DNA of 64,000 nucleotides, taken from IMG/VR virus record IMGVR_UViG_3300031134_000641. One strand, 5' to 3'. The stretch comes from an uncultured virus (IMG/VR IMGVR_UViG_3300031134_000641) (lineage: Duplodnaviria > Heunggongvirae > Uroviricota > Caudoviricetes). How positions within the stretch are numbered: position 1 is the stretch's first letter; every line of letters starts with the position of its first letter. Below, one piece after another: positions 1-9,652 of this stretch. The notes under the pieces were generated by a model. It was given only the letters and a program-made list of their open reading frames with translations, had not been told where the DNA came from and made no database searches. A program made the position numbers and the translations under genes.

Positions 1-612
1 CTAGCCTACTCTATCAGGGGCATACTTAAATGAGTACTTATTTGAACCCTCTGCTATGAACAGTCCTTTTACCTTTTTGCCCTGAGAGTTAACATAGGTC
101 ACTAGTTTTCCGCTGAGAATATCGTCGCTCACAGAACTCTTAGCAGATTCAGGCAGGGTCAGGCCTTTCTGCTCAGACAGCCAACTTTCAACCAAGGCAG
201 CCCGCTTTCCTTCGGAGTCACCATAGCCACTGACAGATGAGCCAGGAGAAGTAAGAGCCGAGCCAACCACTAAACCGATGATGATTGGGATGGAAGCAAA
301 AACTATCAAACTAGGGTTGTAGCGGACTATAAATATCATCGCCACTATAGCAGCAATAACCAACCCCATATAAAAGAATACAGCAGCTACGTTGGAAGCT
401 TGGGACTCAAAAAGAATAAAATCAGGGGAGCTAACATCAAGCTTTTCATTGGTGCTAGGAAGTCCGATGGGTACAAATGCCATCACTATTGTCAACATTA
501 TGAAGCCTAGACCCCCTAAAACTTTCCGAAGGCGGGTTGCACCTTTCAGCAAATTGATTTTGCCTCCTTTTACACCTTCAAAGGTGTCAGAGCCTGCGGT
601 TACAGAAGCCAT
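1..612 (-). CDS. Membrane protein, GVxGG paralog family A (copy 1)
   Basis: FEGVKGGKI N-terminal motif, 3 hydrophobic segments, C-terminal WL..GLT..G.F..KYSF shared with 9 paralogs. Confidence 0.85.
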   Translation of the reverse strand: MASVTAGSDTFEGVKGGKINLLKGATRLRKVLGGLGFIMLTIVMAFVPIGLPSTNEKLDVSSPDFILFESQASNVAAVFFYMGLVIAAIVAMIFIVRYNPSLIVFASIPIIIGLVVGSALTSPGSSVSGYGDSEGKRAALVESWLSEQKGLTLPESAKSSVSDDILSGKLVTYVNSQGKKVKGLFIAEGSNKYSFKYAPDRVG

Positions 613-769
613 AATCAGTTCATCTCTTCACTGCTAGGGTAAATGAAGACTTAATGTTTTCAATAGGCATAGAAGAAGTTTACCACATTAAGATGGCGTA
701 ACGGTCAAACCACACATCTATTTATGTCCGATAGAAATAGATGGTAAGCGCAACAAATTGGAGTATATT

Positions 770-1591
770 ATGTGCCGTGCTGGTGGAAGACGATGCCCGT
801 CACATAGCGACCCTAAATTAGTTGCCGAACGCAACAAGCATCGTAGGGAAGCTTATAAGCATGCCCACACTTCAGCAGTTGACGTTGACTCCCTGTTCAA
901 ACCGTTCACTGAATCCCGTGAAGCTGTTGAGCCTGGTACAGAGTCGTATCAGAAGTTCAGTCGTGCAGGCAGGACATTTAACAAGCGAATAACAGATGAA
1001 GAACGCCAGCATATTCGTGAGTACACAAAGATGGGATTCCGTGAGGTACGTGACTACCTGAACGGCCACCCTCTGCACAGTGAAGATGAAGAGTATGATG
1101 TTAGCGATGAAACTCGTAAGAATCTAGATGCACAGATAGAACACCTGGACTCAGCGTTAGCTAAAGCGCCTAAGCCAAGAGAACCCCGAACCTTATACCG
1201 TGGAATGGTTTCACCATGGTCAGCTAACGAGGACGTAGTTGGCTGGGTGTCAGAGAAGTTCCCAATCGGCAGTGTCGTTAACCACACAAGCTACATGTCA
1301 ACCAGCTTGCACATGCAAGTGGCAAAAAAGTTCACAGGCATAACTGAGGGCCGAGGTTTCATTATGGAGATAGTTTCCTCCTCAGGGGCAGCTTTGAATT
1401 ATGAAACCTCTGACTATGGCGAATCCGAAAGAGAAATCCTTCTCCCCCGAAATAGCAGCTTCAAAGTTGTCTCAATAACGCCGGATGTTGAGATAAACTA
1501 CGATGACTTACTGTTCAGGAAAATCAGAAAACGGACAGCAACTATGACTGTCATACGCTTAGTTGACACAAGCATTGCCGGAGAAGACTAG
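770..1591 (+). CDS. ADP-ribosyltransferase (VIP2/Alt-like R-S-E clade) with N-terminal MCRxGGRRC tag
   Basis: LYRG, YMSTS and ESEREILLPR catalytic motifs; start moved to ATG 770 (GGAG at 760-763; CCGATAG at 728-734). Confidence 0.85.
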   Translation: MCRAGGRRCPSHSDPKLVAERNKHRREAYKHAHTSAVDVDSLFKPFTESREAVEPGTESYQKFSRAGRTFNKRITDEERQHIREYTKMGFREVRDYLNGHPLHSEDEEYDVSDETRKNLDAQIEHLDSALAKAPKPREPRTLYRGMVSPWSANEDVVGWVSEKFPIGSVVNHTSYMSTSLHMQVAKKFTGITEGRGFIMEIVSSSGAALNYETSDYGESEREILLPRNSSFKVVSITPDVEINYDDLLFRKIRKRTATMTVIRLVDTSIAGED

Positions 1592-1605
1592 AGTAACCTT
1601 CAGCT

Positions 1606-2253
1606 TCACTCAGCGGGTGTCGTAGCAAAAGGATTAGGGAAAGTCTCGGGGACACGCTCAAAAGTGTATGTGTCATCAACTTTGTTATGCACAAACCGGC
1701 CTTCAATAATGTTGCCGTCTTCCTCAACGTACTCGTAAGTTCGCGGGCCAGTTATCGCGGTAACAGGGTTAGCTGCTTGGTCTGCAAATGTCAAGTTCTC
1801 ATTATCCGCTATCCATTTCACAATGGACTCTCTCGTGCCATCAGGTGTAGCTCCCACGCTCTCCAAGTGAGGTGCACCACCACTCGCCCACATAGTTCCG
1901 GCCCATACCGCTACCACAATGAAAAACAATTTGGGTTTAACCATGATAAGAGCGAACGCGACAACTATGGTTGCTATGATCAACAGCACCCACCATTCTG
2001 AAGTCAAATCACTTTGAGCGGGGACATATCTTATTTTCTCAGAAGAGCTAAAATCAAATGTTGCATAGTTGAAAGCATATGTGAGTGTAAGATACAGGCT
2101 GACTGCCATAGCAGCTAAACCAAATATGTACAAAGCAACTAGAGTAGGACCGCTAAGGTTCTCTAAGCTTGAGTGGGGAGAGCCTGAAGGAGAAGCAACA
2201 TTTCCACCGTTGACACCATTAAATTCGGTTTTTGTTTTGTTCATCAAAGACAT
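1606..2253 (-). CDS. Membrane protein, family A (copy 2)
   Basis: FNGVNGG, FDFSSSE, TM helices; start reassigned to 2253 (TGG-TATGGT-N6-ATG). Confidence 0.85.
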   Translation of the reverse strand: MSLMNKTKTEFNGVNGGNVASPSGSPHSSLENLSGPTLVALYIFGLAAMAVSLYLTLTYAFNYATFDFSSSEKIRYVPAQSDLTSEWWVLLIIATIVVAFALIMVKPKLFFIVVAVWAGTMWASGGAPHLESVGATPDGTRESIVKWIADNENLTFADQAANPVTAITGPRTYEYVEEDGNIIEGRFVHNKVDDTYTFERVPETFPNPFATTPAE

Positions 2254-2291
2254 GTGCTCACCATACCACGGAAACAAATTTTATCTGAGTG

Positions 2292-2921
2292 CTACCACGC
2301 ATCTACGCCAGTAGGTGGAAGGCGCTTAAAGCTATACTTGTCGTCGCCATTGTTGATAAACTTACCTGTAGTTACAGTCCCGCCTTTAGTGACAAACTCA
2401 TGCTCGCCACCACGAATGATAGCGTTCGCTGGCTTGAAGTTTTCATCAGCAAACGTTAGCCCCTCATTAGATTCTAACCAGTTAACAACAGACACATCAG
2501 TACCATCTGGCACTACACCGATTTTACCCCAGTCAGGCGATATACCGCCACCAAGATAAGTGCCCAACAAAATAGCACCAACAGGTAGGAAAGCAAGATA
2601 AGGTTTAGCGACAACCATTAAGAAGCCAAGGATGACGATTGCAATCAAGCCAACCAACCACCAACCTGATTTATACCCACTAGCAGGCTCAACATAGCTG
2701 ATACTAGAAGAAGAAACGAAGTTGAAAGTTGAATAGTTCAATCCTTTGCTCATGATGAAGTAGAGCATGAAGAATACAACTGCTAGACCTAGAAGATATA
2801 AGGCAGGAGCAGCTAGCCGTGAAATGGATAACCTGGGTTTAGGCGCTGATTGGTCATACTTGTCTAAAGAGATGACCGTGTTAACACTGACACCCGGAGA
2901 AGCGGAGATGGAATTAGCCAT
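2292..2921 (-). CDS. Membrane protein, family A (copy 3; GG motif degenerate)
   Basis: FNFVSSS, WLESNEGLT, GKF..DKYSFKRL; TGG-TAGAGT-N6-ATG. Confidence 0.85.
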   Translation of the reverse strand: MANSISASPGVSVNTVISLDKYDQSAPKPRLSISRLAAPALYLLGLAVVFFMLYFIMSKGLNYSTFNFVSSSSISYVEPASGYKSGWWLVGLIAIVILGFLMVVAKPYLAFLPVGAILLGTYLGGGISPDWGKIGVVPDGTDVSVVNWLESNEGLTFADENFKPANAIIRGGEHEFVTKGGTVTTGKFINNGDDKYSFKRLPPTGVDAW

Positions 2922-2941
2922 GTTCCTACTCTACCACAATA

Positions 2942-3559
2942 CTAATCATCTTTTGACTGCAAAGGGATACGGGAGAAAACATATTTATTCTCAGACTCTT
3001 CAGTGAACATTCCTTGGACAAGCTTGCCATCTCCATCAATCAACGTAAAGCTTCTATCATCTGCCAGAGAGATAGGAGGAGCATCCTCACCGGTTTGATA
3101 GATAGCCAGGCCTTCATTGGTAGCAATCCAGCTTTCTAAGGACCGTCCTGAATGGGTACCTCCTATGCTGTCAAAAATAACATTAGCCAGGAGTCCTCCT
3201 ATAACGAATAAGAAAAATCCAATAACAGATACAAAAGTAAGTGCTAAGGCCTCTCCAATACCGCACACTATACAAGCAGCCACTAAGCTAGCTAATATAG
3301 TCGCAAATCCAATCCACCCAAATACTGTAATATGGCTATCAAAAAAGCCTACATATTCTGAGGAGCTAAAATCATATCGGGGGATAGTGATTCCAAATAG
3401 ACCCGCGAGAATAGTTCCCCCAATACCAGCGATGAAGATTGTGCCTTCAATAATGTTTCGCATTCTACTTGGGGAGGAAGTTGCACCATCGCTAAGATTC
3501 TTAATTTTGCCACCGCTAACGCCATCGAAAGGAGAGTTGATACTGTCTAAAGAAGTCAT
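2942..3559 (-). CDS. Membrane protein, family A (copy 4)
   Basis: MTSL..FDGVSGGKI, YDFSSSEY, NEGL, KYVFSRI; TGG-TAAGAT-N6-ATG. Confidence 0.85.
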   Translation of the reverse strand: MTSLDSINSPFDGVSGGKIKNLSDGATSSPSRMRNIIEGTIFIAGIGGTILAGLFGITIPRYDFSSSEYVGFFDSHITVFGWIGFATILASLVAACIVCGIGEALALTFVSVIGFFLFVIGGLLANVIFDSIGGTHSGRSLESWIATNEGLAIYQTGEDAPPISLADDRSFTLIDGDGKLVQGMFTEESENKYVFSRIPLQSKDD

Positions 3560-3587
3560 AGTTTCATCTTACCATAAAAGCGGTCAT

Positions 3588-4190
3588 TTATTTTGATGGT
3601 AGAGGTATAAGAGAGAAAACATACTTGCCTTCGCTTTTCTCGGTAAATTTACCTCGGACAAGATTGTTATCCTCGTTAACCAGCAGAAAAGGAAATCCCC
3701 GAGAAATTACAGATGGACTGACGGGATTGCCAGTTTCTGTAAAAATAGTAAGCTTTTCGTTTGTAGTAATCCAGTTTTCTAAACTCCCTTTAGCAGGTGC
3801 ATTTGAACTTAAGCCTACCATCACGGAACAAAGCACAGTAAAAAGAACAACAATAACAGCAGCAAAGGTGTCTATTGCCCTCTTTGACAAGATACCATAC
3901 GCTAGGACAGCAAACAACGCAACTGCTATCAAAAACCAGCATGTTAATGTAATATGGCTTTCAGAGTAACTTACGTACTCAGCTGAGCCGAAGCCATAAG
4001 AACCCTCAGTAGTACCTGCCCACCCGCTAGCGACACTCGCACCTAAAGCAACAATGCATAGAGCAGTCAGTATAAAAAAGCGTCTTACTTTATTGACAGG
4101 ACGCGACACAGACAGGGGAGCCACAAACGGGTTTATTTTACCGCCACTAACACCATCAAAAGAAGAATCGGCGTTGCCTAAAGAAGTCAT
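3588..4190 (-). CDS. Membrane protein, family A (copy 5)
   Basis: MTSL..FDGVSGGKI, KYVFSL; start reassigned to 4190 (TGG-TACAGT-N6-ATG). Confidence 0.85.
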   Translation of the reverse strand: MTSLGNADSSFDGVSGGKINPFVAPLSVSRPVNKVRRFFILTALCIVALGASVASGWAGTTEGSYGFGSAEYVSYSESHITLTCWFLIAVALFAVLAYGILSKRAIDTFAAVIVVLFTVLCSVMVGLSSNAPAKGSLENWITTNEKLTIFTETGNPVSPSVISRGFPFLLVNEDNNLVRGKFTEKSEGKYVFSLIPLPSK

Positions 4191-4227
4191 AGTACCACTG
4201 TACCATAAGTCCGAGTAAGAATGTTCT

Positions 4228-4803
4228 CTACTCTTCAACTAGACGAGTGAACACATACTGGCCCTTGTTTTCTTCAACAAATACACCCTCGACTTTGCTA
4301 CCATCTTCATCAGTCAAAGAGAAGGTTCCTCCATTTGCTATTTTTTGAAGGCTGTGACCATAACCCTGGTATTGTTTGGGGCTTAATGTTAGTCCTTCGC
4401 TGGAAGCAAACCAATTTTTCAGAGCCTTTGAGTTACCAGAAGTTTCGATAGCCGAACCGAGATAGCCGACAATAAATCCTGCAACAAGCACGAATGCAGC
4501 TACCATAGTAAACAATTCTTTATGTGTAATAGAGAACAAAATGAAGAAGAACATAGTAATAGCAAGAGTCCACCAGCCTACACTGGCGCTGCTGGGAGAA
4601 TAGCCAATACTTTCAAGTGAACTGAAGTCATACGCATTACCACCTGAGAATTTGAAAGAAAAAATTAGTGGAAGTAAAACACCCAGCAAGCCAACTAACC
4701 CAGTCGTCAAATACAGGACCGGATGTTTATTAAAAAACGATGGAGAAACGACTCGGCCACCCTCAACGCCTTTGAAGTTTGCATTGTCATCTAAAGAAGT
4801 CAT
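4228..4803 (-). CDS. Membrane protein, family A (copy 6)
   Basis: MTSL..FKGVEGGRV, YDFSS, QYVFTRL; TGG-TAAGAT-N7-ATG. Confidence 0.85.
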   Translation of the reverse strand: MTSLDDNANFKGVEGGRVVSPSFFNKHPVLYLTTGLVGLLGVLLPLIFSFKFSGGNAYDFSSLESIGYSPSSASVGWWTLAITMFFFILFSITHKELFTMVAAFVLVAGFIVGYLGSAIETSGNSKALKNWFASSEGLTLSPKQYQGYGHSLQKIANGGTFSLTDEDGSKVEGVFVEENKGQYVFTRLVEE

Positions 4804-4926
4804 AAGTCCTATCTTACCATAAAAAGTTGGTCAGATAGGACTCGTGAAAAATATGCAACATTCGTTGTCTGCATTCTAGTTTTTCAATCTGATAGGGATA
4901 TAGCATCAACCAGATCAGGAGAAAAA

Positions 4927-5460
4927 ATGTCAAATCCATATCATGACGAACAAGGTCGTTTCTGTAGTAAAGCAGAGATGGGTGCAGCTATAAGTCGTCT
5001 AGCTGACTCAGGCAAAATGGATGAGTACTTTGTCCTGCGCACTGAGTACGAAAAGCTTTCCAACGAAACATTTGTGAAGCCTCAGCCTAAGAGTTCTAAG
5101 CCCTCTAACAAAGGCGCTAAGAAGAGCGCGCCCAAAGTCACAGGGAAGTATGATGGTAACACCAGAAGCTTGTTGGCCTCCTGGAAAGATGAAGGAATAG
5201 ATTACACGGAAGATCAAGCAGAAATTATTGACAAGTCAGTCAAAGATGCATATAGTTCCGGTTATACCAATGCTGTTGCGACAGAATTGGGAGACAGCCA
5301 GTCTTATACATACAAAGATTACTCTGCTAAGAAAAAAGCTAAAGAAGCCTTGGATAAAGCAGGGCTAGACCCCAGCAGGTCCATCCTTTTGGCCTCAACC
5401 ATAACGCATTTGGACAACGAATACGAATACGGTTACGGCGAAGGCGCAAGAGACTCCTGA
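4927..5460 (+). CDS. Hypothetical protein with N-terminal NPYHDxxGRF motif
   Basis: 177-aa ORF with AGGAG SD and downstream hairpin; begins MSNPYHDEQGRFCS. Confidence 0.75.
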   Translation: MSNPYHDEQGRFCSKAEMGAAISRLADSGKMDEYFVLRTEYEKLSNETFVKPQPKSSKPSNKGAKKSAPKVTGKYDGNTRSLLASWKDEGIDYTEDQAEIIDKSVKDAYSSGYTNAVATELGDSQSYTYKDYSAKKKAKEALDKAGLDPSRSILLASTITHLDNEYEYGYGEGARDS

Positions 5461-5468
5461 TAAGAAAA

Positions 5469-5512
5469 ATAAGGCTGGGGTGAACAACACATGTTGTTCA
5501 CCCCAGCCTTAT
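5469..5512. terminator. Bidirectional hairpin between convergent genes
   Basis: ATAAGGCTGGGGTGAACAACA / TGTTGTTCACCCCAGCCTTAT, 21-bp perfect arms. Confidence 0.8.
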
Positions 5513-5516
5513 CTAA

Positions 5517-6776
5517 TTAGACAGAGAACGTTTCTTTTCCGACAGCAGAGAAGTTCTTCACACTACCAGTAAGACTCATGCTACCAGGGTCTTCATACCA
5601 GTTCACATAGCGTGTGACACCATCAGCACTGTAACCCCGGCTAGGGTCTTTGACAACATCTGAAGAAGTCTTAGGAGAAGAATCATTCTCATCATCCACC
5701 ACAGTGTTTGACACTTCAACAGATTCATCAAGCTTAAGCTCATAAAGGTAGAACTTCTTGTTAGCTTTCTTCTTTTGTGCAGGTGTAAGACCCTCACTCT
5801 TCTCAAACACCACAGCCTTAGCACGCATCAGAGATGACTCACGTGAACCCACATGAATGAACAAATGATCATCCTTCAGAGAGTCATCGTGGGCGTTAAC
5901 TGAGGCAACCCAGTTAGGGTTAGAGGAAGCATGGTACCAAGTGCTTTTCTTGACCTCGTTAACATCCATCATCTGTATGCCATGGTCAATCAAGTATGTC
6001 TCCCCGCTAGGGAAGAAGTCTGTACCACAGTGAGGGCAAAGACACTTCTCGCCATTGTAAGAAGCTAAAGCCTCCTCTTTGCTAAGGAACCTGCCGCACT
6101 TGAAACATCTGACACCAGAGTAGCCTTCAGGAGCCATAGCATAGAAATCGTCTGGGCGCTCACTAGCTTTAAATCTGCCAGAGAAGAACTCTTTAGGGTT
6201 GTCAGGGTCGTATGTTCCTCTGCCATGACGGTCTAGTTTCTGTTTGCCTTTAACTCGTGAGTTAACTGGTTTCATAGGCAAACTTGTTGGAGCTTTGTCA
6301 GCAGGGGCTGAACCGTCAAACTCAACAACGTTGAAGCCTTTGAACACGCTCTTAAACAAAGACATGAACGACTTGTTTTTCTTCTGTTCCTCCGTGATGG
6401 TTACTTTAGCTGGAGAAGCCTTAGGTTTAATATCACCGGCAGAAGATTGTGATTGTGAAGCAGGTTTGCTCTTCTGAGTAAAAGGTGAAATATTTTTGCT
6501 GTAAGAGACAGAGGCAGGAGATTTTTTGGCTGCTACTTTCTTATCCCAATTCTCTACATATGTTAAAGCGTCAGGGTGAGCCAGGAATGTGTTAACATCC
6601 TCTTTAGTCAACTGAGCAGTTGTCTTCTTTATACCCTGAGACTCTTTCCACCAGACTTTAGATGCCTGGAACACATTGTTCTCAATATGTTGACCACCAG
6701 TTCGGCATTTGATTCTAGCTGGACAGTTAACCCATTCGTCCTTCTTAATACCGGACGCGGCAATATGTTTACTCAT
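5517..6776 (-). CDS. Cys-tagged protein with zinc ribbon and possible ART-like C-terminal domain
   Basis: N-terminal CPARIKC..H; CFKC/CPHC pairs; C-terminal WYHAS..HVG..LYEL..YVNWYED; ART-like call tentative. Confidence 0.6.
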   Translation of the reverse strand: MSKHIAASGIKKDEWVNCPARIKCRTGGQHIENNVFQASKVWWKESQGIKKTTAQLTKEDVNTFLAHPDALTYVENWDKKVAAKKSPASVSYSKNISPFTQKSKPASQSQSSAGDIKPKASPAKVTITEEQKKNKSFMSLFKSVFKGFNVVEFDGSAPADKAPTSLPMKPVNSRVKGKQKLDRHGRGTYDPDNPKEFFSGRFKASERPDDFYAMAPEGYSGVRCFKCGRFLSKEEALASYNGEKCLCPHCGTDFFPSGETYLIDHGIQMMDVNEVKKSTWYHASSNPNWVASVNAHDDSLKDDHLFIHVGSRESSLMRAKAVVFEKSEGLTPAQKKKANKKFYLYELKLDESVEVSNTVVDDENDSSPKTSSDVVKDPSRGYSADGVTRYVNWYEDPGSMSLTGSVKNFSAVGKETFSV

Positions 6777-6842
6777 ACTATATAGATAACGAGTTAAGCA
6801 AAGCCTGGGGAAGATGAGGCCTACTGACAGTGGAGTTTACTG

Positions 6843-7478
6843 TCAGTTTTCCAGGCGAGAGAAAACATACCTGTTATCACCAGACTTAGTAAACAAACCG
6901 CTTACACTCTTACCATTTTCATCTACAAGAGGAATCACAGTGCCTGCTTTCAAAGAATTGAAAGAGAAATTTCCTACCGCAGTAGAACTATCATCTGGGA
7001 CTAAACCCTTATTAGTTGATAACCAAGATTCTAAAGCAGCACTGTTTTGAGTTACTTCAGCGGACCTAGGGTGAAAAGCTGAAGAAGTGTCTGAAGAAAC
7101 AAAAAAGGCAACAATAAAAATAGCGGCGAGTACTATTGCAGCAAAAACATCATGTCTAAGTAGAGTCAGCAAAAGGAAAGTTGCAGCTAGAGTGACAGCA
7201 GACAGAATTCCCCAACTGGTTATATTGCCAGATGTATAAGTCACAAAGTCGGAGGAGCTAAAATCATATGCCTGTTTGTCAAATCCAATTGTGGCAAAAG
7301 TTATAGCGCTTGCAATAGCTACAACTAAGCCTAGGCTGCCTGCTACTAGCCATAACACTTCCGAAGTCTTAGCGCCTTTAAGAAGAGGACCCTGCCCAAT
7401 TCCAGTAGAGTCAAAGTATTGTACTTTACCTCCAGCAACGCCGTTGAAGTCAGGAGAGGCATTTGTAGAAGAAGTCAT
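6843..7478 (-). CDS. Membrane protein, family A (copy 7)
   Basis: MTSS..FNGVAGGKV, YDFSSSD, GLF..RYVFSRL; TGG-TAGGAT-N6-ATG. Confidence 0.85.
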   Translation of the reverse strand: MTSSTNASPDFNGVAGGKVQYFDSTGIGQGPLLKGAKTSEVLWLVAGSLGLVVAIASAITFATIGFDKQAYDFSSSDFVTYTSGNITSWGILSAVTLAATFLLLTLLRHDVFAAIVLAAIFIVAFFVSSDTSSAFHPRSAEVTQNSAALESWLSTNKGLVPDDSSTAVGNFSFNSLKAGTVIPLVDENGKSVSGLFTKSGDNRYVFSRLEN

Positions 7479-7512
7479 GCTCTCATCCTACCACAAAAAC
7501 ACGCGAGCAGGA

Positions 7513-8136
7513 TTATTCGCCTGCCGGGGCCAACTGAGAGAACACATACTTCCCGTCACCAGATTTAGTGAACAGACCACGCACGCTTTCGCCTTCTTTG
7601 TTCAAAAGAGGTATCACAGCACCTGATTTTACTGAGAACACAGAAAAGTTCTCTGTCAAAGGAGAATCCTTGTCCGGAGCTAAACCTTCGTTATCCATCA
7701 TCCAAGACTGAAAAGCAGCCTTATCTTTATCATCTCCAAGCGGCGCAGAATAAAGAGCCGGTAGTGAAGCTGGAACAGTGATTACTATAATACCCATTGC
7801 CATGACAGCCACTTTAGAGTGCTTGGTGACAAGTAATACAACTAGGCAAATTAAGGTAACAACAAATCCTGTGGTAAACAAACTGTTCATTCCGCCAGCT
7901 GTGTAAGCCACATAATCATTTGAACTAAAATCGTATACTGATTTGTCATTGCCAAAGAATACGGCAACAACTATACCTGCAACCATACCAACAAACCCAA
8001 GTACGCCAGCGGCCCGCCAAAGAACAGATTTCAAAACTGGGTGAGAACTCTGGGCAGGGCTAGAAGATTTGAAGTGTTTTACTTTACCGCCACCGACGCC
8101 GTTGAACTCAGCCGGGGCACTTGTAGAAGAAGTCAT
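7513..8136 (-). CDS. Membrane protein, family A (copy 8)
   Basis: MTSS..FNGVGGGKV, YDFSSND, KYVFSQL; TGA-TAGGGT-N6-ATG. Confidence 0.85.
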   Translation of the reverse strand: MTSSTSAPAEFNGVGGGKVKHFKSSSPAQSSHPVLKSVLWRAAGVLGFVGMVAGIVVAVFFGNDKSVYDFSSNDYVAYTAGGMNSLFTTGFVVTLICLVVLLVTKHSKVAVMAMGIIVITVPASLPALYSAPLGDDKDKAAFQSWMMDNEGLAPDKDSPLTENFSVFSVKSGAVIPLLNKEGESVRGLFTKSGDGKYVFSQLAPAGE

Positions 8137-8170
8137 GCTCTCACCCTATCACAAAAGCTTATCAGCAGAA

Positions 8171-8866
8171 TCATTCGCTTCTCGGAGGCAACTTAGAGAA
8201 CACATATTTGCCATCACCGGAATCAACGAACAATCCCTGCACGTTCTCGCCATCTTCGTTCACTAGTGGCAGAATCTGACCGCTAGTAAACGATCTCATA
8301 GAAAAAGTGCCTTCAGCGTTAGGACTCTCATCAGGGTAAGGCACGCCAGCTTTCTCTGCCGCCTCTGATGCTGTAATCGCAGACGAAATGTTTTCTTGGG
8401 TAGCAAAAGGATTAGGCGTTAGCCCCTCATTAGTCAACAGCCAAGATTCCAACTCGGCTGTGCTCTCACTTTTACCGTAAATGGTAGAGCTACTGAAAGC
8501 TATCGAAAACATTATAGCTGCCAGAAAAATCATAGTACCCGCCATGAGGAAGCCACTGTGCCTGAAAAGTAACGCTCCCATTAGAGCAATAGCTGCAATA
8601 AGGAAGATAACACCCAAAGAGTTCATACCACTACGTGTGTAAGTAATGTAGTCAGAAGATGAGAGATCATAAGTTGTAGGGTTTTCACCTAAAGTTGCAA
8701 GAAGAATGCCACTTGTAACTGCAAGCGCTAAACCCAGGATGCCAGTTATCCACCACAGAGTGTAGGAACCGAAAACAGTGCTGCGTCCTACTGCGTCTTT
8801 ATGTTTAAATATTTTACCGCCACCGACACCGTTGAACTTACCAGGGGCACTTATAGAAGAAGTCAT
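8171..8866 (-). CDS. Membrane protein, family A (copy 9)
   Basis: MTSS..FNGVGGGKI, YDLSSSD, KYVFSKL; TGG-TAAGAT-N6-ATG. Confidence 0.85.
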   Translation of the reverse strand: MTSSISAPGKFNGVGGGKIFKHKDAVGRSTVFGSYTLWWITGILGLALAVTSGILLATLGENPTTYDLSSSDYITYTRSGMNSLGVIFLIAAIALMGALLFRHSGFLMAGTMIFLAAIMFSIAFSSSTIYGKSESTAELESWLLTNEGLTPNPFATQENISSAITASEAAEKAGVPYPDESPNAEGTFSMRSFTSGQILPLVNEDGENVQGLFVDSGDGKYVFSKLPPRSE

Positions 8867-8900
8867 ACTCTCATCTTACCACAAAAACACACAAGCGGAA

Positions 8901-9491
8901 TCACTCTTCTACTGGTGCCAACCGGGTGAACATGTACTTGTTTTCAGATACTTCAGAGAAGAAACCATACGCTTCTTTACCGTTTTCATCGGTAAATGAG
9001 ATAGCATCCCCGTCTTCGAGTGAACCGATGACGCTATCTTCGCTAAGCGAATAGTCTGGCATAGATAGTCCTTCATTGTTATTAATCCATGTCTTTAAAT
9101 TAGACCCACTGGCACTATAGCCGACAATAGCTGTTGCAAAGAAAGCAAGTCCAGAAAGTACTGCCAGCACTATGCTGAGTATACCGAACACACCTAAATC
9201 TAACCTAGCGATCAGGATAAAAAGCAGAACAACAACACCAACCACCGCCAAAATTAATGGATTAACAGAGCTAGGCTCATACGTCACATAGTCAGGCGAA
9301 CCAAAACTGTAGGAACTTGGCTTCAGCATTGAAGGCAAAGCAAAAGAGATAAGGGCGGCAGGAGCAAGCATGCCAGCGAACCCCATAATCCACCAACCAA
9401 CAGAGCGTTTTTTAGCCTGAGACAAACTTTTTACTTTGCCACCCCCAACACCCTGGAAGTCACCGGCACTATCAATAGGTAAAGAAGTCAT
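8901..9491 (-). CDS. Membrane protein, family A (copy 10)
   Basis: MTSL..FQGVGGGKV, NEGL, KYMFTRL; TGG-TAGAGT-N6-ATG. Confidence 0.85.
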   Translation of the reverse strand: MTSLPIDSAGDFQGVGGGKVKSLSQAKKRSVGWWIMGFAGMLAPAALISFALPSMLKPSSYSFGSPDYVTYEPSSVNPLILAVVGVVVLLFILIARLDLGVFGILSIVLAVLSGLAFFATAIVGYSASGSNLKTWINNNEGLSMPDYSLSEDSVIGSLEDGDAISFTDENGKEAYGFFSEVSENKYMFTRLAPVEE

Positions 9492-9652
9492 ACTCTTACT
9501 CTACCACAAAACACGTCAACAGAAATATTGGGCACCCGCCAGACTACAGAAACCTGAAAATATACAGATAACACCAAAGCGGTCACAAAGTCTGCTATGA
9601 TAGAAGACGTAAAGCTCAAACAACTGAAAAACAACAGAAGGAAAGAGTAATA

